In this document: positions 26,368 through 39,059 of the stretch, piece after piece
Layout of the letters: the number at the start of each line of letters is the position of its first letter
Position numbering within the stretch: the stretch's first letter is position 1
Source: Psilocybe cubensis
Lineage: Eukaryota
Direction: 5' to 3'
Length of the DNA stretch: 64,000 bases
NCBI GenBank assembly: GCA_017499595.2
Contig: CM038999.1
Coordinates: 1,922,001 to 1,986,000, forward strand
Made by a program: the position numbers and the translations under genes
Notes under the pieces: generated by a model
What the model was told of the DNA's origin: nothing
What the model saw: the letters and a program-made list of their open reading frames with translations, nothing else
The model's database searches: none

Positions 26368-28981
26368 ATGTCTCCTCGTATCGACGGTCGTCGGCATCCG
26401 ACGCGATCACAGAGCACAACGTTCTTGACTTCTTTATCGCTCGTTTTCTTTATACTTTTTTCTATTGTTTTATTATGCCCCGTAGCTGCGCAGGCTAAAG
26501 AGCCTGCTGGAAAATATGGGACAGTCATTGGAATTGGTACGCGCTGCTTTTTCTTGTATAGTAAACTTGTCCTTATTGTGACGTTTTACAGATCTTGGTA
26601 CAACGTGAGTTTGTTGGAATGCACTGTGCAGAAATTCATATCTGACCATCTTGGACTATGCTATCAGTTATTCATGCGTTGGGTGCGTTTATTTTTTTAC
26701 CAGTCATGTTGTACGCTGTCTTATGGCTGCCATAGCGTTTATAAGGGTGGACGAGTCGAAATTATAGCAAATGATCAAGGACATAGAATAACGCCATCGT
26801 GGGTCAGCTTTAACGGCGACGAACGACTGTATGTTTTCCCTTTGCTCTGTGATAAATTCCAAAGGCTGATGATTCTTTCAGAATCGGAGACAGTGCAAAG
26901 AACGCTTTCCACTCAAACCCCAAAAATACGATCTTTGATGTTAAGCGGCTTATTGGTCGAACATGGGATGAAAAAGAAGTTCAGCAAGACCTCAAGCACT
27001 TGCCCTTTACCGTTCAGAACAAGGACAACCGTCCCATCATCAATGTCGAATATCAAGACAAATTACGCCAGTTTGTGAGTATATATATATCGAGCAGAAG
27101 GTCTATAAAATTCTAATGGGCACAAATAGACACCTGAAGAGATCAGCGCCATGATTTTGACGAGAATGAAAGAAACAGCGGAGGCATATCTTGGTCATGG
27201 AGTCACGCACGCTGTTATCACTGTTCCAGCGTGTAATTATCATTCATACCTTTTCAGTGATCGTTTATTTACTTCTCTTTCACAGATTTCAACGACGCTC
27301 AGAGACAAGCGACCAAAGATGCAGGCGAGATCGCCGGTCTCAAGGTACTTCGCGTTCTTAACGAACCTACTGCGGCCGCTTTGGCGTACGGATTGGACAA
27401 GAAGGGCGACGAATCCAAAATCATTGTCTATGATCTCGGCGGTGGAACTTTTGATGTCTCCCTCCTCTCCATCGAAGAGGGTGTTTTCGAAGTTCTGGCA
27501 ACCGCTGGAGACACTCACCTTGGAGGGGAAGACTTTGACAACCGCGTTATCGACTACCTGGCCAAGTCGTACCAAAAGAAAACTGGGACCGACGTCACTA
27601 AAAATCAACGCGCTATGGGCAAATTGAAGAAGGCCGTCGAAAACGCCAAACGAACATTGTCTACGCAACAAAGCACCAAGATCGAGATTGAGAGCTTTGA
27701 GAACGGAAACGATTTTTCGGACACTCTTACTCGAGCCAAATTTGAAGAACTCAACATGGAGCTTTTCAAAAAGACAATGAAACCTGTTGAGAGGATCCTG
27801 AAGGATGCTGGCATAAAGAAAAGCGACGTTGATGAGGTGGGTTTCCGTGTTCTAAGGTTGTCAAACCCTGTTTTCTCATTCTGGATGGATTCACATAGAT
27901 TGTTCTCGTGGGCGGTTCCACCAGAATCCCAAAAATCCAACAACTACTTAAGGATTACTTTGGCAAGGAGCCATCGAAGGGTGTTAACCCTGACGAAGCC
28001 GTTGCGTATGGGGCCGCTGTTCAAGCTGGCATCTTGGGTGGCGTTGACGGGCCCTCCGAAGTCACACTCATCGATGTCAACTCCCTAACTCTTGGCATTG
28101 AAACCACGGGAGGTGTCTTCACTCCCATCATCAAACGTAATTCTGTCATCCCCACCAAGAAAAGCCAAATGTGAGCTCCCAAATGCGATGTTACACATAC
28201 ACACTTTCTTACCCTTTTCTTAGCTTTTCGACGGCCGCCGATAACCAAAACACTGTTTCGATCAAGGTGTACGAAGGAGAACGCGGACAGACCAAGTTCA
28301 ATCATCTTCTTGGCGAATTTGACCTGAACGGCATTCCACCGGCGCCTAAAGGGGTTCCGCAAATTGAAGTCACTTTTGAACTTGACTCCAATTCAATCAT
28401 GACTATCAGAGCTTCGGACAAGGGAACGTAAGTTTCATTCCTACGGCTTTACTTTCTGCCCTGTTGTTTATTTGTTTGCAAATGCAGTGGCAAATCAGAA
28501 TCCCTTGTAATCTCAAACGTTAAAGGACGCCTGTCACAAGAGGAAATTGACCGCATGGTCGAAGATGGCGAAAAGTTTGCGGCAGAGGATCAATTACATC
28601 GGAAACGAACAGAGGCTCTCAACAATCTTTCTAATTTTGTGTACGGCCTAAAGTCACAACTTTCTGAGAAGGATGGCATAAGTGCCAAACTTGGCTCTGC
28701 AGATAAACATGCTCTGCAGGAAATCGTCCGGGAGGGCAATGAATGGATAGATGAGTACAGCAATGAAGCTAGTCTGGAAGAGTTGGAAGAAAAATTAGCG
28801 GGTAAGTTTACTTCGATTTGTATGCACATAGACATTCACTGACCGACGCCGCCTTTCACGCTCTTTAGATCTGCAGTCGGCGGTCAATCCTATCACAAGC
28901 AAACTCTATTCTAATTCAGACTCTCCTCGTACCCACAATGAGGATGATGATCACTACTCAGCAGAACACGATGAACTGTAG
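26368..28981 (+). CDS. KAR2: ER Hsp70 chaperone BiP/Kar2-type
   Basis: Hydrophobic signal peptide; GIDLGTTYSCVG assembled from micro-exons; [49 protein letters not shown]-terminal EHDEL-stop ER-retention signal. Confidence 0.93.
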
Positions 28982-29477
28982 CCCACAACTAGACGGACGT
29001 TCGAGACTTTATTCAAATTCAACATATTTATGTGTACTAGTATCAATGACGTATTCGATCCATATTAAATCGTTTCCCGATTCCTCTGGTGTAGTTCAAG
29101 GCTTCAGACCCGATGCTGGTGGAGCAACACAGAATTTACAGCCCGGTTCAGTTGCAGGCTGACTCGTGAAGAGGTCAAGTGACTGTGTTTTGTTCACGGG
29201 CGCTAATCGATCATATTGGCAATACTTGACATTATGTGAAGTAGACCAAAAGGTTAGTAGAAGTTCTCACAATTGCATGAGAGAATTGTTTCACTAAAAT
29301 TTCTGTTCAGGGACATATGATGGCAAATGAGTCACTCGCCATAGTCTGTCAGTTTATCTCACAGTTCATGACTCGATTTTTTTACGGTTCGGCTCCTCAC
29401 AGAGTCGACACACATACATGAAAAACTATTTAATAATGGAGTTGACGCTGATGGCGTAGCTCTCATCCATCTCAACC

Positions 29478-31715
29478 ATGGCATCCACCGTCCCCTCCCA
29501 GGATAGATATGCTGCATCCAAGCGATCCGTTGCACTCCCTGCCATTCCTGAGCTATACAACAAAGACTTTCTTGATGTGCTTATACCTGGACTTCCTGAG
29601 GATATTGTCACAGTCAACGTCCCAACAGCTCGGAATCCGATGATGGAAGCTCTGAAGGTGACTTCGTACCAGACATATACCACAAATGGAGCTAGGGCAT
29701 ACAGTTCTACCAACTCGGCGACCCTGGATGCGTTTTCTACCATTTCTCGGTACACCTTGCACTCGGATATGGTGCACTATCTCGAGGCATCCTGGAAGGA
29801 GGACCCAGTTCTTACTCTTCATATCATCTGGAATTTGCGCAGCATCCACGATGGGAAAGGTGAAAAGGAGGCATTTTATCGGTAGGTTTTTTGTCGCATC
29901 AATTCAAGGAATATGTTGTTGACTTTCATTTCTAGTGCTTTTGGCTGGCTCTATGACAATCATCCCCGAACTGCAATCTTCAACCTACGCTTCCTAGTCG
30001 AGCCTGTTTGCCGATCCAAGAAAGGGGTGTTCCCGCATGGATACTGGAAGGACCTTCTAAACATCCTGGCTCTCGCAACTGTTGATGAGTTCAAATCTTA
30101 TAACTCGCAATTTCTACATTCACCACGGGCTTCATTTACTTACCGTTGCAAGAAGAAAACAGTCAAGGTTGGAACACCAGAATCGCGCATCGCTGCTGCC
30201 CAAGCGTTTAACGACAAAGTCAAGACTGAAGCTCGTGCTGCTCGTCAATCAAAGCAAGCAGAGAACCACGAACGTCTCGTCAACAAACTCCTAGATCCAA
30301 AATACCGTGCGCTCTACATCGCAGTCTCCCGCCTCTTTGCCGAACAGCTGGTGAAGGACATTAAAATTCTCGATGCGATCGATGGCCTTGCTACGGATGT
30401 TTCTCCCATGAAGCTCCTCAAGCAGATGAGTTTGGCTGGAAAGTGGGCGCCTACGCCCGATTGCTCGCATGACCGGGTTACGAACATAGCTACGGCGATT
30501 GTAGAGCTCATATACTCCTCTCAGGCCTGTGGCCCCTTTCCTGCTGCTCTGAACAGCAACGATCTCCCTGCACAAGAACGGGCGCATATCTTGCGATCGT
30601 TTTACCAGCGCTGGATTCTGACCAAACTACGAAGCAAGTTAAGCTGCCCGGAACCTTTGATGTCGTCGAACCGGTGGAAGGAAATCAAGTACTCTCGCGT
30701 TCCGTCAAAGTGCATGCAAACAAACACCCCGCACTTTTTCAAACATGACCCAGCGGGTTTCAAGGCATACCTGACATCGGTGAAGATGAACAAAAGGTCT
30801 ATTAGTGGTGCGACGCTGATGCCACATGAGCTGGCTGGGCAGATCTTGACCCTCCACAACGGGGCCAAAAAGGTGGGGGAGGAGCTTGCGAGCGTCCAGC
30901 TGGGCGTCGTCGAGTCCCAGTGGAAAACCCTCGTGGACCGTCTGCGAGAGTCGGGGGCGCTCGAGAACTCTATCGCCATCTGCGACGTATCTGGATCAAT
31001 GGGAAACCTACAGAGAATATCCCAGGGTAAAGGGAAGACTGTAAGGCCCATTCTCGCTGCAGTCTCTCTCTCACTGGTGCTTGTGCACCTCGCGAAACCG
31101 CCTTTCAACGCTGGGTTTATAACGTTCTCTGAGCATCCTAAATTCCACACTGTTGATACTACCAGACCGCTGGCGCAGCAGCTGCACTCGATGACGTATG
31201 CGGACTGGGGCATGAATACGAATCTCCAAGCAGTGTTTCTCAAGTTGCTCCTGCCTCTCGCGGTGAAGAATAACATCAAGCAGGAGGATATGATCAAGCG
31301 GCTGTTCATCTTCTCGGACATGCAGTTCGACAGCTGCCAAAGGGGCGTTCCAGACGCAGATGGATGGACTACGAATTATGATTGCATTGAAAAAGCGTAT
31401 GCGGAGGCTGGGTATGCGGTGCCCCAAATTGTGTATTGGAACCTTGCAGGGTCGCGGAAGACGGTGGAGGTGCTGGGCGATAGGAAGGGCGTGGCGATGA
31501 TGAATGGGTTCTCTCCTGCTATGTTGAAGGTCTTCATGGGCGAAGAAGAGGATCGGAGGACGGAGGATGCGATGGAATGGGAAAATATCACAGAGGGGGG
31601 TGAGAGTGTAACGGTCGTCGAAAAGGTGGAAGACGAAAAAGCATTCAACCCGGTAAATGTGATGAAAAAGGCTCTCTTGAAGAGAAGCTTTGAAGGTTTA
31701 ACTGTCCTAGATTGA
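29478..31715 (+). CDS. DUF2828-type protein (TROVE/Ro60-like helical region + vWA domain)
   Basis: One intron (29882-29935). Motifs TTNGARAYSSTNSATLDAF, NLRSIHDGKGEKEAFY, HGYWKDLLNIL, SLAGKWAPT, IKYSRVPSKCM, MIDAS CDVSGSM...MNTNLQAVF...IFSDMQFD, PQIVYWNL, GFSPAMLKVF. Confidence 0.85.
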
Positions 31716-31818
31716 ATTTTGTAATGTTTTGTTATCATTGCATTTTGTACATAGTTATTCATAATATAACACATTGATCAGTATATTTGGCACCAAGATG
31801 GACAGATTCTTTTCAGCA

Positions 31819-33399
31819 TCAAGCCTTAGGATAGGAAGACTGAACACCTTTCTTAGCATTCAGCCATAGGTCCGAGGAAAAGAAGAAGGGAGCTTGCGAT
31901 AGTTTCGCCTCTTTCCCTACACTCTTTCTCAAGTTCTGAGCTTTAAACTTGCCTGATGATACCGTGACCCCAGTACTAGCAGCTGAAGCGGAAACGTTGA
32001 TATTGAAACGACGCACTGCTGACCTTTGCCATATATCGGGCTCCACAGTATACGCGGAGCTATGAGCTTTACGGATCCAAGATGACAGCAGTCTACGAGC
32101 CGGAGCTTCAGCGATGGCGGCGATAGGGGGAAGGCTTTGAGCGATACGGGGATGCCCTAACATTCGGGAAGGAGGCAAAGCAGGGGGGCCCATAGTTGTT
32201 CTTATAGAGACTGATGTTGGGGGCGGTGGAGTAGCATATTCTATCGTGTGCCCTCGAGAAATTACATCGTGTTCTCGTCGTACCACTGGTGGAGGTGGCG
32301 GAGTAACGTATTCTATCGTGTGCCCTCGAGAAATCACATCTAGTTCTCGGCGTACCACTGGTGGAGGAGGTGGGGTAGCATATTCTATAGTGTGCCCTCG
32401 AGAAATTACATCGTGTTCTCGTCGTACCAATGGCAGAGGTGGCGGGGTAACATATTCTATGGTGTGCCCCCGAGAGATTACATCTGGTTCTCGTCGTCTC
32501 GATGATGGTGGTGGTGGGGTGACATATTCCAGCGTGTCTTGCCGGCGGTTTCGATCCTGGCCTGCCATTCGCACGGGCGTGTTTCTATCTGTGGACATGT
32601 GCAGATCGAGAAGCCCTGGGACGAGTGCGCTGGATGACGAGGACCCATGTGTTCTGAGAGGTGGGCGTGTTGGAGGTTGGGACGGTATCGGCGTCGGTTC
32701 TATGGACCCTGAGAAAGGATCGTCGATGATGCGGATGCCTGACGGTCTGACTGCGACCGTTTTGGTTGCTCGAGCAGGGACCGAGGCAGCAGATGCAGTG
32801 CTCTTGGTCGATGTTTGTGGCTTATGGACAGTTTTCTTAGCTGTAGTTGAAAAAAGACTTGTGGAACTAGTCCCAGCTGTGGGATCTCGAAAGTCTCTGG
32901 AAGCATTTGAAGACTTGTGAGAGAATTTGACTTGCTTGGTGGATGATACCTGTTTCGGTGGATTTTCAATGATAACTATTTCATCGTCGTCGTCGTCGAT
33001 CGCGATAGATCGGTGTTTTTCTGGAGGTTTGGCAGGATTTGAGCTGCTAGGGAGAGGCGTGGAGTCCTGGCGGATATCGCGTTTAGGCAAGGCAGCTTGT
33101 AATTTGGCGGCTGGGGCCGAGCACGAGCCACATCGCCAGACAAAGGCAGGATTGAGCTTGCCAGCTTTCTTCTCTTCATTAAAGCGTGCGATAATTGCAA
33201 TGAGTTCAGGGTCAGATACAGGCGGTTTATGGCATCCTGTATAGTGCAAGTAGAGAGGATTAGAGAGACTGCAAGGGGGAGATGAAATTTAACAGAAATA
33301 CTGACGGTGATGCCAAAGGGAGCTGCAGGTGTCACAGCGAAGAAGAAATCTGCGGATTGAGGAGTCTGCCGAGTTGCAGGAAACACAAAGATTGGACAT
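31819..33399 (-). CDS. PHD-finger protein with disordered, repeat-containing C-terminus
   Basis: Spliced N-terminus MSNLCVSC...LLRCDTCSSLWHHRCHKPP...WRCGSC gives a C4HC3 PHD pattern. The rest is Pro/Ser-rich. Confidence 0.8.
32219..32530 (-). repeat. Coding tandem repeat, 72 bp (24 aa) unit, about 4.3 copies
   Basis: Unit starts recur at 32234, 32306, 32378, 32450 and 32522. They encode (V)RREHDVISRGHTIEY(V/A)TPPPP. Confidence 0.95.
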
Positions 33400-33787
33400 G
33401 GTGGTCGGTATTTAGAGACGTTAATTGAAGAAAGTATAAATAGATGCGGGGTGTGTATGGAGCTAAACTAAGTATATACTACTGCATCTTGCATTTGGGA
33501 ATTGAAAATGCAAGGATGACGGCTACAAGGGAGCAACTGACGTTATAGGAGATGCATACCAGTAGTTGTTCGCGATAGATGGATGGGAACTCCACGATGG
33601 ATCAGACAGAAAGGCAGTAAGAAAAGAAGAGAATCGAGTTGGCATGATTGAGCGGGCTAGATGGCGGGGAAAGAATGACGGGATGTGTGATGAGACACCG
33701 TCATATGGCCATCCATCACGTGTCCGTACGTCACCTCGTGGATGGTACATAAACCAGAGAGAGACAGGAGGCAGCCCACTTGCAACC

Positions 33788-34796
33788 ATGGCTGACTCTT
33801 GGAAAGATGGAATCCTCCTCAAAATAACCAACATTATCGTCTACTTTGTTTTCCTGGGATCCAACATATACACCGTCGCCTCGCCCTCTTCCATCTACTA
33901 CTACGGCAAGGAGACCTACATCACTCCCGCTCCCTGGGCTTTCCTCATCTGGTACTCAGTCTTCTGTCTCCCTTTGTGTTCTCGCTGACTCTCTGCAGGT
34001 CTCTCATCCACATTCTCCTCCTCGGCACAGTCATCTACCAGTTCTTCCCCAGCGGCAAAAAGACAATCGTCGACGGCATTTCCTGGCGCTTCCCTTTGCT
34101 CGGCCTTCTCAACGCCATCTACGTCAATCTCTGGTCCACCCACCATTATGTCATAGGTCCGTTCCGCTGCATTCCACTCTCTTTGTCTCTCTAACTTTCT
34201 CCAGCCTTTATCTTTTCTCTCCTTGTCAGCTCCGCCGTCACTGTATGTTCCTCCCCCTATTTTTGCTCCACTCTCTAATGTCATTTATAGCACATCTACT
34301 ACATCGTCAAGAAACACCACAGCGCAGAGTCCTATGGTGATGAACTTTTCATCCATCTTCCATTCTCTCTCTACCATGGCTGGACAACCGTCTTGGTCGT
34401 TATCACCGCTTTCGATGCCTTTGGTGTGAGCAGCCTCACCCATCACGCTGGTGTCTGGACCAAGGTCTTTGTCTTCCTCGCTCTGTAAGCGCTTCCTCTC
34501 TTTCTATCTCCGCTCTACCCTCATTTTTCTTCTCTAGTTTCTTCCTCGAAGCTACCGCAGCCACCTATGCCTTCTCGACTCCCGAAGGTGATCTCCCGGC
34601 CTCCATCGCCATCGCCTGGTCTCTCTGGGCCATCTTCGCCCACCAGACTTCCTCCGGATTCGTCCACTGGTCATCCCTCGTTTTCGCTATCCTTGCCCTC
34701 ATCTGGGTCGTCAAGGGGGCTGTTGGCCTCGTCCTCCGCTCTCGCAGCGGCAGGATCTCTCTTGCCGACGAGGAACGTGCTCCTCTCGTCGGTTGA
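33788..34796 (+). CDS. Conserved multi-pass membrane protein, TspO/MBR-like
   Basis: [28 protein letters not shown]...[18 protein letters not shown]...[17 protein letters not shown]...[13 protein letters not shown]...[11 protein letters not shown]. About 8 hydrophobic segments. Ends DEERAPLVG. Confidence 0.7.
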
Positions 34797-34994
34797 TATC
34801 TCTCTGTATTCCCAAAGTATATCATCCAAATAGTACTCTAGCCAGCTGCTCCAAGTATCCCGTATATCGTCTCTCAAAGTTTACTAGTCAATGCTTCTGT
34901 ACTATTAATCCGGTGTATTGGACTTTTCTTGATCGTATGATTCATTACGTTTTCCACATGGCAATGTGATTGTCACGATCACGTGATTGTTACA

Positions 34995-35000
34995 ACGCGT
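34995..35000. promoter_or_regulatory. MCB element (ACGCGT) upstream of PRI1
   Basis: Exact ACGCGT about 70 bp upstream of the DNA primase ATG. Confidence 0.5.
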
Positions 35001-35066
35001 GAAATGAGAGCAAATGTGACAAGGACCGTGTCTCTTCTTCCTCTTGTCAACTCGTTCAAAATCATC

Positions 35067-36669
35067 ATGTCGTCCAGCGACTCAAACAAACCCTCTCCAG
35101 GTATGATAAAAGACGTCCAAAGACACACTGATTCTTAGTCTGCCAATTTAAAGAGGTCATGCTCGCCTTTTACCGTCGACTTTATCCATTCAAATCCTTA
35201 TTTACATGGCTAAACCACGACCACGTTCCTAGCAAACTCTTCACCCAACGAGAAATCGCATTCTCACTTCCAGGAGATGTATACATTCGATACAACTCTT
35301 TCAACACCGCCGACGAATTGAAGAAGCAGGTGTGCCAACTAAACCCTACGCGTTTCGAAATCGGCCCTATCTACTCTGCACGGGTAAGCCCAAGTCTGTG
35401 TTTATGTATATCCATATTTTATTAACACTATTTAGCCAAGAGACAGGAAAACATTACGCGCCGGTACGCTGACGCCTATACTGCGCGAACTCGTGTTTGA
35501 TATCGATATGACCGACTACGACCCCGTGCGCACCTGCTGCTCCGGCGCCGACATCTGCAAACGCTGTTGGGTCTTCATATCTGCCGCTGTCCGCGTCATG
35601 GACTCGGCCCTGCGCGAAGAGTTTGGCTATGAAAAACTCCTCTGGGTCTATTCGGGCCGTCGCGGTATCCACTTGTGGATCTCGGACAAGGAGGCGATGG
35701 GTCTGACGGACCAGCAGCGCAAGGCCGTTGTGGGCTTTTTGACCGTCGTACAAGGTGGGAAGGAGAGCAGCAAGAAGCTCAATATACGCAACGGCGGTAA
35801 GCTGCCGCCATCGCTAGCGTGAGTTTTGGCATCTTCTTAGCGGTGTGTTGGATGATTTAAATCGTTACGAAATAGTAAAGCGATGGAATATCTCAAGACC
35901 GTCTTTGGTGCTTTGATTCTCAGCGACCAGGAATGCTTTCAAAGTAAAGAAGGTTACGAAGAACTGCTCAAAGCTATTCCGGATTCCCGTGTCGTCGATG
36001 CACTGAGAACAAAGTGGGAAGCGTCGCCTTCGCGCCCCTCGGAAGACAAATGGGCTGATCTCCATAGACATGTGTTAAAGCACCAGGCAAGCCCACGCTA
36101 TCTCTTCTCATTAGTATTACCGTAGATTTTTACTAACAAACTATGCAGAACCTAATGGTGGCTCTGGAAGACATCATTTTCAACTATACTTACCCTCGCC
36201 TTGATATCGAAGTCTCAAAACATCGTAACCATCTTCTCAAAGCACCCTTCTGCATTCACCCGTCGACAGGGCGTGTCTGTGTCCCTCTTGATCTCGACAT
36301 GATTGAAAAGTTTGATCCAAAAGAAGTGCCCACCGTCCAGCAGCTTTTGGAAGAGCTCGACAATTTAAGCAAGGTCCAAGACCCTTCTGCTCCAAGAGAA
36401 CACCACTCTGGTGAGTTGTTGCATATCTCGCATGCTGTAGCTTGACACCGGTTAACCCGTCCATCTTCTTCTTATTTCGCATGTAGATTGGGAGAAGACG
36501 TCGTTGAAACCGTACATTGATATCCTGGACCGTCACGCGCAGAGTCTGGTGGGCGAAACGAGGAAAGATAATAGATCCAAACCAGGTATGTGTCAAATCT
36601 CAGCCTTTTCACCCGCTTTCGACTGTGTACTGAAAAAGTTCTCGGTCTATGGCAGATACAACATGGTGA
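35067..36669 (+). CDS. PRI1: DNA primase small (catalytic) subunit
   Basis: FYRRLYPFK, NPTRFEIGPIY, RELVFDIDMTDYDPVRTCCSGADICKRCW, WVYSGRRGIHLW, YPRLDIEVSKHRNHLLKAPFCIHPSTGRVCVP. Confidence 0.97.
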
Positions 36670-37400
36670 TACCCATCGAAATGCTCCCTGTCGCTCTCAT
36701 TCTCTGCTTCTCGCTTTCGTAATGCAAAAATGTACTACTTCCTTGTTTGATTACTTTATTGACACGGTCCGTTCCATGCCGCCGGTGCTACTGGGTGCTA
36801 CTGTCGTTGCGCGCGAAGACGGTTAAGGTTCACTTAAAATATCTGTCATTCTCGCGCAGTGTGCTTGGCTCTCTCATCCCAAACATAGTCTCAACTTCCC
36901 CTCGTCCACTGTCGGTCATTCTAGACATGGGCCTGTAATTGTGATGGATCGTTCAAGTCGGCTTTGATGCAATTCCGACATCTATATAACTGTGTAAAGG
37001 TTTACCCCAGAAGACCATTACACGATGTCTGACTTGGACTCATGGCATTGGTCAAAAAGAGTTTGATTGAGCAATAGTGACTATAAATTTGAGCAGTTGC
37101 GTATAAAGGCAAAAACAAAATATGTAGTTGCGGGATTTCACGAGAAAGACGATCGGCAAACAGAAAAAAAAACGTGTCCAGGAATTTCTATGGAGAAAAA
37201 TAATCTAATAATGTATAACAGAGAGGGAAAGCATCATGATCCAGGAGAGAGGAGAAAAAGAGGTATATAAAAGATAGAAAAGGATCGTTGGAGGCTTGAA
37301 CCAAAAACTAATTAAACCCTTGTGGTCGTTAAATCAGAAAAAAAAAAGTAATAGAGAGAATAAAACCAGAAATTTCATTTGCAAACTAAAGCGTAAAAAT

Positions 37401-39059
37401 TTATTGGACCGACTCGTCAATGTCGGCAAGTTCCAACTCGAGCCACCGAATAACAAGTTGGTTGTTGGCGGGGTCCCTTTGCAGAACGTCCATCACTCGT
37501 TGAGCGATAGCAGCAGTGCATTCTTCTGCACGGCTGAAGCCACTAAGACATGCCTTCCTGTATTCCTCTTCTCCTATTCCGAGCATCGGGGCAACTGACG
37601 CATTGCCCGGGCCTCCATATGCACGTAGTATTACGGAAAGCGCAATAAGGGAGGGGATATCCATTGTAAGCCGGATAAGAGTCCCTGCGACGGCGTCGGA
37701 GTCTCCTGAGACATCAACTGTTTTCGACACCGCGTCGAGGAGAACAGGTAATGCCTTCAACCCTTCGAAAGCCTCATCGACGGCCTCCCTAGCCAACCGA
37801 GTCGAGCTATGCTCAGCACTTGGTCGAGGCAAATTGATCAAAAGGTGGTAAAGAGCCTTACAGTCAAGCGCCGGAGTCGCATATGACAATAACGATGGAG
37901 GTGACGGGGGTCGCGAAGGAGGCAATTTAATCATAAATCTGCCCGGTGGGGGAGTCATAGGAGGTGTGGTGGATGCTGAAGGTGAGCCTCGACGTCTTTT
38001 GCCGGAAAGGAGGTCCGGAGCAACGATGGGCGAAGGCTTGACGTCTATACGGTGTGACAGCGCGACCATGGCTTTCCACAAGATGGAAATAAGAAGACTA
38101 GCCAGAGTGGCATGCGATAGCACTGAAGTTGTGCACATAGTTAATGCTCGGGCGTACACAGGCATCATTGTTTGTAGAGTAACAATTGATGGATGGTGGA
38201 CAACCGATGTTTTGACACCAGGGTTTGCTTTGGGTACCGGCGAGCTATTAGGATGTTCTAGAGCTTCTATCAATGGTATCAACTCTGCACGAATGCCCGC
38301 AACAAAAGGATTGACAACTCGATTTATGACTGAGACAAACCCATCCCGGATGGATTTCAATCCATCACCGCGAATATCAGCGTCGGTACCCAAGCCCAAT
38401 TCATGGAAAACTTGTAGCAGCTCCTCACAGAACTTCGCGATCGAAAGGGCATAGAGTTGGACATTGTTGGGAAACGCGAACTGGTTGGTTGGTGTCGGGA
38501 ACGCATGAAACGACTGAGACGACAGTGTTGGGAGAAGTTGGCTGGAGATATTGGTTAATAAGACCGAAAATGGTCTTTGCAGGGACCGAAGAATAGCTCT
38601 ATGAAGATGTGCGTTATCATGAGCGGCATTAAGTTCTCTGAGAATAGGGGTATGAGACTGGGTGTTGAACAGGAGATATGGATATCCTTACGATGCAATG
38701 AGTGACCCTAGTGCGAGACCACGTCCTTGAGGGATTGGTCGCTTGCCAGACGCCTGTTCGGATACTACAGGCGGACCGCTCGGCTGCGCTAATGCTTTGG
38801 ACACTGCCTCGCTAAGCTTGAGACTCAACATTTCAAGATACGATCCATCTTGAATAAGCGGGGCCGGGTTTGGCACTGGACTAGGGGCCTGAGATGGTGT
38901 TTGACGAATGAAATTGGTCAACGACAATTTGGTTGATGGGCGTGATGGTCGCTCCATGCCCTGACTCAAGTCGGGTCGGATGTGGCCTACCACCGGTGGG
39001 GCAGGAGAGGACGGGCGGCTTGAAGGGCGGAAAAAGGAGGGGTTCTTGAGTACGTTCAT
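37401..39059 (-). CDS. Hypothetical protein (about 530 aa, two coding exons)
   Basis: Exon 1 MNVLKNPSFFRPSSRPSSPAP...GLALGSLIAS, a GT-AG intron at about 38640-38690, then a long open exon to TAA at 37401. A probable 5'-UTR intron lies at about 39333-39381. No family recognised. Confidence 0.75.

Noticed and set aside
29075..29190. Possible Pol III or Y-RNA-like element upstream of the DUF2828 gene (TGGTGTAGTT, GTTCAAGGC, short CAGCC/GGCTG stem)
   Set aside because: The A- and B-box-like words overlap instead of being properly spaced. I found no cloverleaf or long terminal stem.
30602..31774. Long antisense ORFs over DUF2828 (and similar ones over PCK1, BiP, the PHD gene and UTP6)
   Set aside because: These are shadow ORFs expected opposite GC-rich, codon-biased genes.
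32219..32530. CRISPR-like appearance of regularly spaced repeats
   Set aside because: The units are contiguous with no unique spacers, in frame, and inside a eukaryotic CDS.
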